From: Candidatus Buchananbacteria bacterium
GTDB lineage: Bacteria > Patescibacteriota > Patescibacteriia > 2-01-FULL-39-33
Length of the DNA stretch: 64,000 nt
NCBI GenBank assembly: GCA_903888345.1
Contig: CAISTG010000007.1
Span: 1,075-65,074, forward strand
Reading direction: 5' to 3'
Below are positions 38,291-48,600 of this stretch, in pieces. Position 1 is the stretch's first letter; each line of letters starts with the position of its first letter. The notes beneath the pieces are model-generated. The model did not search any database. It was given only the letters and a program-made list of their open reading frames with translations, and was not told the origin of the DNA. A program made the position numbers and the translations under genes.

Positions 38291-38668
38291 ATGAGCGACA
38301 AAAAACCTAAAATCTTACTGGTTGAGGATGAGGCGATGATCGTGGAAATGTATAAATTAAGGTTAGAAGAAGAGGGCTATGAAGTTTTGACGACTGATAA
38401 GGGTTCGGAAGCAATTAAATTAGCTTCGTCAGAAAAGCCCGATGTCATTTTGTTGGATATTATTTTGCCGGAAGTTGATGGTTTCACAATCCTTCAAACA
38501 ATTAGATCACAAGTAGCGACTAAGAAAATTCCTGTTTTGTTACTAACTAATTTAGGACAGGAAAGTGATCAGAATAAGGGAACCGAACTTGGAGCTGATG
38601 GTTATTTCGTCAAAGCAGCTCATACCCCGGCAGACATTATTAATGAAGTAAAAAAAGTTTTAAAATAA
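38291..38668 (+). CDS. Stand-alone response regulator receiver (CheY-like)
   Basis: ILLVEDE, PDVILLDIILP..DG, LLTN, GADGYFVK. Confidence 0.93.
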   Translation: MSDKKPKILLVEDEAMIVEMYKLRLEEEGYEVLTTDKGSEAIKLASSEKPDVILLDIILPEVDGFTILQTIRSQVATKKIPVLLLTNLGQESDQNKGTELGADGYFVKAAHTPADIINEVKKVLK

Positions 38669-38685
38669 ATAAATAAGCAATTAAT

Positions 38686-39177
38686 ATGATTGAAAGAACT
38701 CTAGTCTTACTGAAGCCCGATGCGGTTAAGCGTGGACTTATGGGAGAAATTATCACCCGCTTTGAAAAAGTTGGTATGAAGATTGTGGCTATGCGCCTAG
38801 TAGCGGTTACCGAAGAACAGGCCAAAAAACATTACACTGAAGATATTTCAATTCGCCGTGGCGAACATGTTCGTCAATATTTGGTAGATTTCGTTGTTCC
38901 GGGTCCGGTTGTGGCGATGATTATTGAAGGTGTTGATGCGATCGAAAACGTGCGCATGATGGTTGGCGCGACTGAACCAAAATCAGCGGTTCCGGGAACT
39001 ATCAGAGGGGATTACTCTCATGTCAGTTATAGTCATGCTGATGCCGAAAAGAAAGTCGTGGCTAATTTGATTCACGCTTCTTCTGACAAAGCAGATGCGG
39101 AAAGAGAAATTGGCGTCTGGTTCGAACCTCAGGAAATTGCTGAGTATAAAACCGTTCACGAAATCCATACTTTATAA
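38686..39177 (+). CDS. ndk: Nucleoside-diphosphate kinase
   Basis: ERTLVLLKPDAVKRGL, PGTIRGD, NLIHAS. Confidence 0.95.
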   Translation: MIERTLVLLKPDAVKRGLMGEIITRFEKVGMKIVAMRLVAVTEEQAKKHYTEDISIRRGEHVRQYLVDFVVPGPVVAMIIEGVDAIENVRMMVGATEPKSAVPGTIRGDYSHVSYSHADAEKKVVANLIHASSDKADAEREIGVWFEPQEIAEYKTVHEIHTL

Positions 39178-39183
39178 ACACAA

Positions 39184-39216
39184 AAAAAGAGTCCGCCGTA
39201 ATAGCGGACTCTTTTT
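39184..39216. terminator. Bidirectional intrinsic terminator between ndk and rpmB
   Basis: aaaaagagtccgc-cgtaata-gcggactcttttt. Confidence 0.85.
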
Positions 39217-39233
39217 ATAAATAAAAAATAATT

Positions 39234-39401
39234 TTATTTGTTTTTGGTCTTAATGCATTTAGCACAAACCTTAGCCTTAACGCCAGCGATTTTCTTGCTT
39301 TGCATATTGATCTTCATCGTTCTCTTGGTTTTTCGATTTGAGTGAGAGACGTTATTGGCACTAGTAGTACCGCGTCCGCACATTGCGCAAACATTAGCCA
39401 T
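39234..39401 (-). CDS. rpmB: 50S ribosomal protein L28 (55 aa, Zn-binding form), missed by the ORF track
   Basis: MANVCAMCGRGTTSANNVSHSNRKTKRTMKINMQSKKIAGVKAKVCAKCIKTKNK, translated by hand. Confidence 0.93.
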   Translation of the reverse strand: MANVCAMCGRGTTSANNVSHSNRKTKRTMKINMQSKKIAGVKAKVCAKCIKTKNK

Positions 39402-39438
39402 ATATACTTGTGATTAAGAATTGGTGTTAGTGATTAAA

Positions 39439-39479
39439 ATATTAGCATAATTGTCTAATTAAGTCAAATTTGCTATACT
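39439..39479. promoter_or_regulatory. Overlapping divergent sigma70 promoters (rpmB and M50 protease)
   Basis: Plus strand: TTGTCT-N17-TATACT with extended TG (39451-39479). Minus strand: TTGACT-N17-TAATAT with extended TG (39467-39439). Confidence 0.6.
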
Positions 39480-39521
39480 ATTAATTATAAATAAAGACAA
39501 TATATTCGTAATTAATTCTAT

Positions 39522-40151
39522 ATGCCTCTAACTTGGCTTTTTTCTGAACCGTTATTCTTTGTTGCTTGGGTGTTGGCGATTATTGCCGCTCTGACCATCC
39601 ACGAGTTTTCCCACGCTTTGGCTGCTTATTGGCTCGGCGACAAAACAGCCGGGGATGATGGTCGTTTAAGCCTTAATCCCTTGGTTCATATCGATTTTTT
39701 GGGATTTTTAATGTTGCTTTTAGTTGGTTTCGGTTGGGCTAAGCCGGTGTCAGTTAATCCTTACAATCTTCGAAATCAGCGCTGGGGGATGGCAATTGTC
39801 TCCCTGGCAGGGCCACTTTCTAATTTATTGGGAGTTTTTGTTTTTGGTCTTCTATTAAAATTTCTATCTCCCTCGTTGGGGGCAGCGAATTTATTGGCAA
39901 ATTTCTTATTTTTGCTAACTTTAGTAAATGTTTCGTTGTTTGCCTTTAATTTGATCCCAATTCCTCCACTAGACGGCTCTAAGGTGCTTTTTGCCGTTTT
40001 ACCCGACAAATTTAACGAATTTAAGGATAAATTTAGCCAATATGGTCCCTATATTTTAATTGGCTTGGTGATTGCTGATGGTTTTTTGCCAGTCAGTATC
40101 TTTGGGACGCTATTTAATGGTATTATTGGCCTCTTATCCGGCTTATTCTAG
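39522..40151 (+). CDS. Site-2 protease family (M50) membrane metalloprotease
   Basis: HEFSH, GWAKPV, AGPLSN, FNLIPIPPLDG. Confidence 0.93.
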   Translation: MPLTWLFSEPLFFVAWVLAIIAALTIHEFSHALAAYWLGDKTAGDDGRLSLNPLVHIDFLGFLMLLLVGFGWAKPVSVNPYNLRNQRWGMAIVSLAGPLSNLLGVFVFGLLLKFLSPSLGAANLLANFLFLLTLVNVSLFAFNLIPIPPLDGSKVLFAVLPDKFNEFKDKFSQYGPYILIGLVIADGFLPVSIFGTLFNGIIGLLSGLF

Positions 40152-40153
40152 AA

Positions 40154-40182
40154 TTGACTTTTGGGGCGAAATCAGTTAAAAT
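40154..40182 (+). promoter_or_regulatory. Sigma70 promoter of the str operon
   Basis: TTGACT-N17-TAAAAT about 255 nt upstream of rpsL. Confidence 0.7.
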
Positions 40183-40438
40183 AATAAACGTTGATAGGTG
40201 CTGACTGTCAATGCTAAATATTATCTAAATTTAGTAAAATATTGAAATGGTCCCGATATCCGGTTGGGATTTTTTCGTCTAATTTTGGCGGCTTCGGCTA
40301 AGAACGAGCAGGGGTCTTAAAAATTAGGCGACATTTCTTTTTTAAGGAATAATGATCCCTCGGGTCGACATCTTTTCGCCAGCTAGCGAAAGGATTTGAC
40401 GCTCGGGATGACGTTTTAAGGAATAAATTCTCATTACT

Positions 40439-40864
40439 ATGCCAACTATTAATCAATTGTTGAAAAACCCTAGACGGGCTAAGCCAACCAAATCCAAGAC
40501 TCCAGATTTGCAGTCTACTTTGGACAGTTTGCACCGCAAAAAACGCACCATGAAAAAAGGTAATTCTTTTAAGCGTGGTGTTTGTACTGTTGTTAGAACC
40601 ACTACTCCAAAAAAGCCTAACTCTGCGTTACGTAAAATCGCTAGAGTTCGTTTAAGTAATGGCCAAGAAGTCACTGCTTATATCCCAGGTATTGGTCATA
40701 ATTTACAAGAGCACTCGATCGTTATGGTCCGTGGTGGAAGAGTTAAAGATCTTCCTGGTGTTCGTTATCACATTGTCCGTGGTGTTTATGATGCCGCTGG
40801 CGTTGCTAATAGAAAGAAAAGTCGAAGCTTGTACGGTATGAAGAAAGCTAAGGCTGCCAAATAG
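40439..40864 (+). CDS. rpsL: 30S ribosomal protein S12
   Basis: [30 protein letters not shown]. Confidence 0.98.
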   Translation: MPTINQLLKNPRRAKPTKSKTPDLQSTLDSLHRKKRTMKKGNSFKRGVCTVVRTTTPKKPNSALRKIARVRLSNGQEVTAYIPGIGHNLQEHSIVMVRGGRVKDLPGVRYHIVRGVYDAAGVANRKKSRSLYGMKKAKAAK

Positions 40865-40966
40865 AATAGTCAAAAGCCGAAAGTGGAAAGTCTTTAAGGT
40901 AGTTACCTTTTAAACTTCCCCCACTTTATGACTTTACGACTTTATAAACTTTAAACTACTTATTAT

Positions 40967-41434
40967 ATGCGAGGAAAACCAGCACCAAGAAGAACTATCA
41001 AACCGGACGAGAAATTCGGCCGTGAAGATATCGCCAAGTTCACTAATTATATTATGGAACGTGGCAAGAAAACCATTGCTAAGGGTATCATTTATGAGGC
41101 CTTAGATCTTATTTCTGAAAAAACCAAAGCTGATCCGATTGAAATTTTTGAAGCAGCTATTAAAAATGTTTCACCTTCAGTCGAAATCAAGGGCCGCCGT
41201 GTCGGTGGTGCCAACTATCAAGTGCCAATGGCTGTTCGTCCAGAACGTAGCTATGCTTTGGGTTGCCGTTGGTTAATTGATGCCGCCAAAGCCAAGAAGG
41301 GCAAAAAGATGGCGATTAAATTAGCCGATGAATTGATTGCCGCTTTCAATAATGAAGGTAATGCCATCAAGAAGAAGCAAGATACCTATAGAATGGCTGA
41401 AGCTAATAGAGCTTTCGCTCATTTCTCTAGATAA
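40967..41434 (+). CDS. rpsG: 30S ribosomal protein S7
   Basis: RRVGGANYQVP, MAEANRAFAHF. Confidence 0.98.
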   Translation: MRGKPAPRRTIKPDEKFGREDIAKFTNYIMERGKKTIAKGIIYEALDLISEKTKADPIEIFEAAIKNVSPSVEIKGRRVGGANYQVPMAVRPERSYALGCRWLIDAAKAKKGKKMAIKLADELIAAFNNEGNAIKKKQDTYRMAEANRAFAHFSR

Positions 41435-41486
41435 GATATTTTTTTGAACCTTACATAATTAAAAATCAACCAAAAGGAGTCGTGTC

Positions 41487-41846
41487 ATGATTAGTCAGAT
41501 TGACTTGATGGTAATTCAGCGTCGTGGAGACGATGTTAAATGTACTTATGGCGGGCCCTCCAAAAAAAGAGGCAAGTTTGTTGCTTGGATAGAGTTGTTT
41601 AATGGTGATGATTTTCATCGTCACATTCTCAACACCAATGACATTTTTGATTCGGCAGAGGCGGCCAAGTCTTGGGCCGAAAAGTTCGTGGCGGCTGTCA
41701 GAAAGATGCCGGAAGGAGATTTATTCAAGGCTATTCCACAAGAAGATTTGCTGGTTCTTACTGCAGTTATTGATGAAGTTGTTGCTCTGGAAAAAACATT
41801 GGCACTCGCAGAAAAATCTGCACTCGCAGAGGGAGCTGAGTCATGA
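41487..41846 (+). CDS. Hypothetical protein A1 (paralog of 42144-42383)
   Basis: Strong SD AAAGGAG; 119 aa; stop overlaps the next start (ATGA). Confidence 0.75.
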   Translation: MISQIDLMVIQRRGDDVKCTYGGPSKKRGKFVAWIELFNGDDFHRHILNTNDIFDSAEAAKSWAEKFVAAVRKMPEGDLFKAIPQEDLLVLTAVIDEVVALEKTLALAEKSALAEGAES

Positions 41847-42106
41847 GTACTGTTGAAGCACGTATCGAGAGATTGAAAAAAAGGTCTGAGATCATTAAGA
41901 AAGCACTGCGACAGGAAGACGCAAAATTAAGGCGCGCACTTAAACGGATTCAGAAGGATTGCCAGCATAAATGGGGCGATTGGCAAGCTGATGGCTTCAG
42001 GATTCTTAGAGAACCCGGTGAAACCTATACGGATTATAGGGTTTGTAATATCTGCGGTCACAAGCAAGAAAAAAGCGTGGTGCATCAGAGACGATCATAT
42101 TATTGA
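41843..42106 (+). CDS. Hypothetical protein B1: basic coiled-coil plus CxH/CxxC putative Zn finger
   Basis: DCQHKWG...RVCNICG. Confidence 0.75.
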   Translation: MSTVEARIERLKKRSEIIKKALRQEDAKLRRALKRIQKDCQHKWGDWQADGFRILREPGETYTDYRVCNICGHKQEKSVVHQRRSYY

Positions 42107-42143
42107 TTCTTCAGGTTTATCGACCTAAATGGAGGATACTGCG

Positions 42144-42383
42144 ATGAAGATTAGTGCTCTGGATGTTAGAGCGATTCAGTCTAATGAGGCTGGCATTGAA
42201 GTCAGAAGTTGTTTTCAATATAGTACTGTTGGTTTGTATATAGCAGTAATTGAATTGTGGCGTTCAGGTGCATTTGATCATGAAATAAAAAGAACCCGAC
42301 CATTGTTTGCTTCCGAAGAAGAGGCTCTTGCTTGGGCAAATGGTTTTGTGCAGGCCATTAGAGAGCTACCTATTGTCAGCTGA
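42144..42383 (+). CDS. Hypothetical protein A2 (paralog of A1)
   Basis: SD GGAGG at 42131 favours ATG 42144 over the track's 42129. Aligns with A1 over its full length. Confidence 0.7.
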   Translation: MKISALDVRAIQSNEAGIEVRSCFQYSTVGLYIAVIELWRSGAFDHEIKRTRPLFASEEEALAWANGFVQAIRELPIVS

Positions 42384-42432
42384 TTTCTCAAATTATGGTC
42401 ATTGCAATTAACTAGCCAAGAGGAAACAGAAA

Positions 42433-42768
42433 ATGCTAAAGAGTAGACGCGTTTTATCGCCAGCGGGAAAGATAGACCCGCGGAGAAAAAAACTTATTAA
42501 GTTGGCCGTGCAATTGGTAGCGGTCGAAACTCGGGCGAAAAAAGAAAAGCAAGCCATCGAGAAAAAGATTACTAAGTTACGAGATGAGTGTCCTCATGAT
42601 TGGGGAAAGTGGACTCGAGCAAAGCCCCGTAACTACTATGCCGGCAATATCGGTAATTTCTATGGTCAAAGTAAATGCTTTAATAGGTTCAGTTTTCGTA
42701 AGAGGGTCTGCAGTATTTGTGGTAAGATAGAGCATAAGAAAGGCAAGCTAATGTTTCTTTACAGTTGA
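42433..42768 (+). CDS. Hypothetical protein B2 (paralog of B1)
   Basis: Basic coiled-coil followed by ECPHDWG...RVCSICG; SD-like AAGAGGA. Confidence 0.75.
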   Translation: MLKSRRVLSPAGKIDPRRKKLIKLAVQLVAVETRAKKEKQAIEKKITKLRDECPHDWGKWTRAKPRNYYAGNIGNFYGQSKCFNRFSFRKRVCSICGKIEHKKGKLMFLYS

Positions 42769-42895
42769 TTTTTTTGAGGCGACTGTTTACGCTTTCGCCT
42801 CTCCTAATTATTTTTTAAAAATTTATATATTTCGCAATGACGACTAAATTCGTTATTTTACATTATAACTTTAAAGACTTTTAACTAATTCATTT

Positions 42896-45028
42896 ATGCC
42901 CCGTAAAACTCCCTTAGAAAAAATTAGAAATATCGGTATTATCGCTCACATCGATGCTGGTAAGACCACCGTTTCCGAACGCGTTTTATTCTACACCGGT
43001 AAAAAACATAAGATTGGCGAAGTTCATGAAGGTGAAGCCACCATGGACTGGATGGAACAAGAAAAAGAGCGTGGTATTACTATTACCTCAGCTGCCACTA
43101 CTTGCTATTGGCCAAATCCTGAATGGTTAGGTGGCGGAGAAATCCAGATCAACTTAATCGATACCCCAGGCCACGTTGACTTTACTGCCGAAGTGGAGCG
43201 CTCTTTGCGCGTGCTTGATGGCGGTGTCATCGTGTTTGATGGTGTTGCTGGCGTGGAGCCACAATCCGAAACTGTTTGGCGTCAATCGGAAAAGTATCAT
43301 GTGCCAAAATTAGGCTTCGTCAACAAGATGGATCGTATGGGTGCTAACTTTTATAACGATTTGAAATCTATTCATGATCGTTTAACAGCTCATGCTCATC
43401 CAATCCAATTGCCAATCGGCGCTGCCGAAACTTTCACTGGTATTATCGACTTGTTCGAAATGAAAGCCGAAATCTACAAAGATGAAATGGGTACCAAGTT
43501 TGAAGAATCTGAGGTCCCAGCTGATGAATTAGAACGCGCCAAAGAATACCGCGCTAAATTAGTTGAAGCCATCGTTGAAACCGACGAAGTTTTGATGGAA
43601 AAATATTTAGCTGGTGGCGAAATTTCTATTCCTGAATTAAAGAAGGCTTTAAGACAAGCCGTTATTGGTAATAAATTAGTGCCAATTCTTTGCGGTTCTG
43701 CTTTGAAGAATAAAGGTGTTCAATTTTTATTAAACGCGATTGCTGATTACTTGCCAAATCCTTTGGATATTCCAGCACCACTGGGCCATGCCGTTGAAGA
43801 TGAAGAAAAAGCGATTCCAGTTTCCGTTGTAGACTCTGTACCAATGGCTGGTTTGGCTTTCAAGATTGCCACTGATCCGTTTGTTGGTAAATTAGTATTT
43901 TTCCGCGTTTACTGTGGCGTTTTGAAATCAGGATCATATATCGTTAACAATAAGAATGGCAATAAAGAACGTGTCGGTCGTATTTTAAGAATGCATGCTA
44001 ACTCGCGTGAGGAAGTTGAGGAAGTTTATGCTGGTGAAATCGCCGCTTTGGTTGGTATTAGAGATGTTACTACGGGTAACACTTTATCCGATCCTTCTTT
44101 CCCAATTTTGTTAGAATCAATTACTTTCCCAGAGCCAGTTATTGATATTGCGATTGAGCCTAAAACAAAAGCCGATCAAGAAAAGATGGCTTTGGCCTTA
44201 TCAAAATTAGCTGAAGAAGATCCAACTTTCCGTGTACATACCGATGAAGAAACTGGTCAAACGATTATTTCTGGTATGGGTGAGCTTCATTTGGATATTA
44301 TCGTTGATCGTATGCGCCGTGAATTTAAGGTGGAAGCTAATGTGGGTGAACCGCAAGTCGCTTATCGTGAAACTATCAAGAGCAAAGCGGAAGCTGAAGG
44401 TAAATACATTCGTCAATCCGGCGGTCGTGGTCAATATGGCCATTGCTGGTTGCGTGTTGAGCCATCAGAACCTAATAAAACTTTTGAATTCGCCGACGAA
44501 ACCAAGGGCGGTTCTATTCCTAAGGAATATATTAAGCCGATTGAAAAAGGCGCTCGTGAAGCAATGGATCGTGGTATTTTGGCTGGTTACACTTTAATTG
44601 ATATTAAGGTAACTGTCTTTGATGGTTCCTATCATGAAGTTGACTCTTCTGAAGCGGCTTTCAAAATTGCTGCTTCGATGGCTTTCCAAGAGGCGACTAG
44701 AAAAGCGACTCCGATTATTTTGGAACCAATCATGAAAGTTGAGGTGGTGACTCCAGAACAATTTATGGGTGATATCATTGGTGACTTAAACTCTCGCCGT
44801 GCAATCATCAACTCCATGGAAGATCGTGGATCGGGAGCGGCAGCCGTTAAAGTCATTAGCGCTCAAGTGCCATTAGCTGAAATGTTTGGCTATACCACTG
44901 CGATGCGTTCCATGACTCAAGGCCGTGCTTCCTCCTCAATGGAATTCTTCCGTTATAGTGAAGTACCAAAGAACGTTGAACAAAAGATTATTGAAGGTCG
45001 TTCTGGTAAAACCACTGAAAGAAAATAA
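42896..45028 (+). CDS. fusA: Elongation factor G
   Basis: [38 protein letters not shown]. Confidence 0.98.
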   Translation: MPRKTPLEKIRNIGIIAHIDAGKTTVSERVLFYTGKKHKIGEVHEGEATMDWMEQEKERGITITSAATTCYWPNPEWLGGGEIQINLIDTPGHVDFTAEVERSLRVLDGGVIVFDGVAGVEPQSETVWRQSEKYHVPKLGFVNKMDRMGANFYNDLKSIHDRLTAHAHPIQLPIGAAETFTGIIDLFEMKAEIYKDEMGTKFEESEVPADELERAKEYRAKLVEAIVETDEVLMEKYLAGGEISIPELKKALRQAVIGNKLVPILCGSALKNKGVQFLLNAIADYLPNPLDIPAPLGHAVEDEEKAIPVSVVDSVPMAGLAFKIATDPFVGKLVFFRVYCGVLKSGSYIVNNKNGNKERVGRILRMHANSREEVEEVYAGEIAALVGIRDVTTGNTLSDPSFPILLESITFPEPVIDIAIEPKTKADQEKMALALSKLAEEDPTFRVHTDEETGQTIISGMGELHLDIIVDRMRREFKVEANVGEPQVAYRETIKSKAEAEGKYIRQSGGRGQYGHCWLRVEPSEPNKTFEFADETKGGSIPKEYIKPIEKGAREAMDRGILAGYTLIDIKVTVFDGSYHEVDSSEAAFKIAASMAFQEATRKATPIILEPIMKVEVVTPEQFMGDIIGDLNSRRAIINSMEDRGSGAAAVKVISAQVPLAEMFGYTTAMRSMTQGRASSSMEFFRYSEVPKNVEQKIIEGRSGKTTERK

Positions 45029-45041
45029 AGTCTCATTATAT

Positions 45042-45079
45042 AAAAACACGCTCGGATTAATTTCCGAGCGTGTTTTTTT
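45042..45079 (+). terminator. Intrinsic terminator after fusA
   Basis: aaaaacacgctcgga-ttaatt-tccgagcgtgttttttt. Confidence 0.85.
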
Positions 45080-45088
45080 ATGTCCTCT

Positions 45089-45523
45089 GTCATTCCGGGC
45101 CTGACCCGGAATCTGAGCCCTTGTTTCTGACTCGCACATAGATTCCGGCTCAAGGCCGGAATGACACAAAGGGAGGCCGGAATGACAAAAAAAGGGGGGT
45201 GAGTGGGTAGAGTAGAGTAGGTCCAGCATGCAAGTCATCGTGGGCACCAGTTCAAGTCATTCCGGGCCTGACCCGGAATCTGGGCCCTTGTTTCTGACTC
45301 GCACATAGATTCCGGCTCAAGGCCGGAATGACACAAAGGGAGGCCGGAATGACAAAAAAAAGGGGGGGTGAGTGGGTAGAGTAGAGTAGGTCCAGCATGC
45401 AAGTCATCGTGGGCACCAGTTCAAGTCATTCCGGGCCTGACCCGGAATCTGGGCCATTACTTATGACTCGTAACGAGATTCCGGCTCAAGGCCGGAATGA
45501 TACAAGGGGAGGCCGGAATGACA
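45089..45523. repeat. Tandem array of three GTCATTCC palindromic elements (period 167-169 bp)
   Basis: Units start at 45089, 45256 and 45425. The first two are near-identical, including the purine-rich linker. Confidence 0.9.
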
Positions 45524-45576
45524 GAGGAGAATTAAGTTATCAACAGTTTTTATATTTTAACTTTAAGCCCATTTTG

Positions 45577-45585
45577 TGTTATAAT
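45577..45585 (+). promoter_or_regulatory. Extended -10 promoter for the giant ORF
   Basis: TGtTATAAT 24 nt upstream of ATG 45610. Confidence 0.55.
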
Positions 45586-45609
45586 AATAGCAATGGATGA
45601 CAAAATTTA

Positions 45610-48600
45610 ATGATCGAATTTAAGAAAAAAGTGCTTAAACATTTACAATCAGAACGATTGCGAGTGTTGGCACTTCAAGCCAAAAAATTTGCTCAAGCCA
45701 AGAAGGCTCACGCCGTTTTTCTAATTAAATTAACGGTGATTTTAGTCGCTTTTTTTAGTGCTGCCGGGATTTTGATTCCCCAGTATAAAATTGATGAGTC
45801 TTTGGTTATTAAAAATCCGGCAATCAAACAAACGACGGCCATTGTGGCGGGTGGGAAGCCGATTAAATATAGTGTTTTGGTAAGACGAACAGAAATTTCC
45901 GATGGTAGTTATTTACTTAAACTGCCTAAGACTGCTAATAACATTGAAGTGGCGACGGCGACTACTAAGCAAATCAAAACCTTATTGTCTGCACCAGAGC
46001 AAATTACTCCCTTAAAGCAACGTGAATTGCTAGCTAAACAGCACCCCAATCTCCAGTCCGGCCTGATTATTAATACCTATCAAGCTTTGGCTGTTCCTTT
46101 GAAATCAATGGTGACCGATCTGTCTTGTCGTTTAACATTGCGACCAAGAGACGCCGTGGTTGTTAATTTAGCGCAGGAGATTAATTTGACGTCAGTCAGA
46201 CAGACGCGATTAAGTAATCATTTGAGTCCGAGTTTATTGGCGATTTTTGTGAGTCCAGAGCTTAGTTGGTCTCGCTATCTAAATGAGCTTATTGGTAATT
46301 TCATTAAAGTGGCCGCGGCTCAGACAGTGGAAGAAATTCCGACTGCCGCTAGCGAATCACCAACTATTGGCTCAGATCCGTTACAAAATTTAATTGACTC
46401 TTTGACGGCTGAACCAAGTGATGTTGTTCCGCCGATTAAGGTTCCTGAGGTTGTGGCTCCCATTGTTGCTTCAGTTTCTAGCACTTTGCCAGAAGTCAAG
46501 GTAGAGCCGATTGATATTGATGTCGCAACCAATGGTTTGCCAGTAGTGCCAACGGTCGTCACCTCTAGTCATTCCGGGCTTGAACCGGAATCTGAGCCCA
46601 CCTCATCAACAACTCAAATGGAGATTCCGGATCAGGTCCGGAATGACAATAGCGGCCTTCCAGAATCTGCCCCCGCTTCCTCCACCGAATTCGTCAAAAT
46701 TGACTTCGAAACCCCGGCTCCAATTATCACCGAACAAAACACTGACTCTGGCAAGTTGGTAACGATTTCTGACCCCAATGAAAATCCAGAAACACCGATG
46801 GTTGACGTTCTCGCCTCTACCAAAATTCCGCCGATTTACAAAGTCGGGCAAGAAGCCAAAATTCACATCAAATGGAAAAACAACGGCGACCAAAACATGA
46901 GTTTCCAGGCTTATGATAGCGACGCCGATGGTTACCTTGATTACGTCGAATGGACTGTCCCGCATCTATCCGAGCAAGTTTTTGAAATTATCTTCATCTC
47001 CAAGGCTTTTCAACTCGATAATGATAAAAATATTATTGCCGATATTTATTCTCAAACTTCCGCCAAAGACGGTAATTACGCTTCCGTCGCTGACGGGCAA
47101 TACGTCCGTGCAACCTTTGATTATGAATTAAATAGTGCAAATGACATTACTATTTATGCCAAAGCGTCGACTACTAATAATCATGGATCAATAGCGGTCT
47201 ATCCAGTCTACACTGACGCCGATGGCAATCAAACCGAAGGCCCGAAACTCGAGACAGTTTATGATGGCAATAACCCTGATTTCAAAAATATTGATCGCGA
47301 TGGCAAATATCGAATCTTGCTAACAAACCTAGATAAGCCAACGGACGTTTTTGATCTCAAAATTTCTGGCGATGTCGATATTGACTTCATCGTTGATCCA
47401 GTCAGCTGGCTCACGGGTTGGAATTATCGCAAATCTCTCACAGTCAATCACTTATATGTTGGCGGTGGCAATGGCAGTGCGGGGGGATCAGAAGACGAAA
47501 CGAATTTTCCAGTCGAAATTTCACTCACTGGATTATCTAATGTTAATGCTAGCGGAACAGATATTAGATTTACAGCCTCAGACGGCGTGACTCCACTTGC
47601 TAGAGAAATCGAATCATATTCTACCACCACTGGTACTCTTGTTGCTTGGGTTAAAGTGCCGACAGTTTCCTATACCGTCGATACCATGATTTATGTTTAT
47701 TATGGCAACTCTTCAGCCACAGAACCGGCTGCCAATTCCACTTATGGCGCGCAGAATGTTTGGACTAATGGCTTTGCTGGAGTTTGGCATTTGGCTGGAG
47801 CAACAAATTCGAGTGATTTAGATTCTACTAGTAATAATAGTACTGGTACGCCATTAGGTGCGACCAAGCCAACTCAGACAACAGGGCAGATTAATGGCGC
47901 CCTAAGTTTTAATGGCAGTACGAGTTATGTTGATATTGCTGAGCCAGGCTCAAGTTTAAATTTTTCTTCTACAAATAATTTCTCATATTCGGCTTGGGTT
48001 AAAACAACTCAGAGCAGTACTCGCTCGGAAATCGTTGGTGATTTTAATAACAACCCGGCGACTAATATGGAGGTGGCGACCGTTGCCAATAGCTCAAATA
48101 TTGATGGAGCCTTTCGAGTTTACTTGGCTGATGGTACTTCAAATATCAAGGATTATCGCACGAATATTTCTATCGCTGACGGAGCTTGGCATAAAGTCGG
48201 CTTCTCATATGCTTCTACTAGCCAAGTGCTGACACTATTTGTTGATGGTGTGGCTCAATCAAACCCGCAAAAAGTATATGATGCCGCGCTTTCTGGCAAT
48301 CTTTATAATGCTTCTACAATAAAAATTGGCGAAGACAATCGACCCGTTACTTTTTTCTTCAATGGCTTAATTGACGAGCTTGGTATTTCCTCAGTCGCTC
48401 GTTCAGCCGGTTGGATAAAAACAGAATACAATAATCAAAACGCCCCGAGCAGTTTTTATGCCACGGGCGCGGAAGAAGCACTGGTCACTCCGGCTAGCAA
48501 CTTCACTTGGACTAATGGCTCCGGTGATGGTAAATGGAGCACTGCCGGAAACTGGCAAGGTGGGGTAGTGCCGGGACCGAGTGACACGGCAACATTTAGC

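Noticed and set aside
41435-42895. Prophage or IS element in the str operon
   Set aside because: No integrase or transposase, terminal repeats or target duplication seen. Reported only as an inserted cassette.
45089-45523. Possible CRISPR array
   Set aside because: Units are about 168 bp with identical rather than unique spacers, the same element is dispersed elsewhere, and no cas genes are present.
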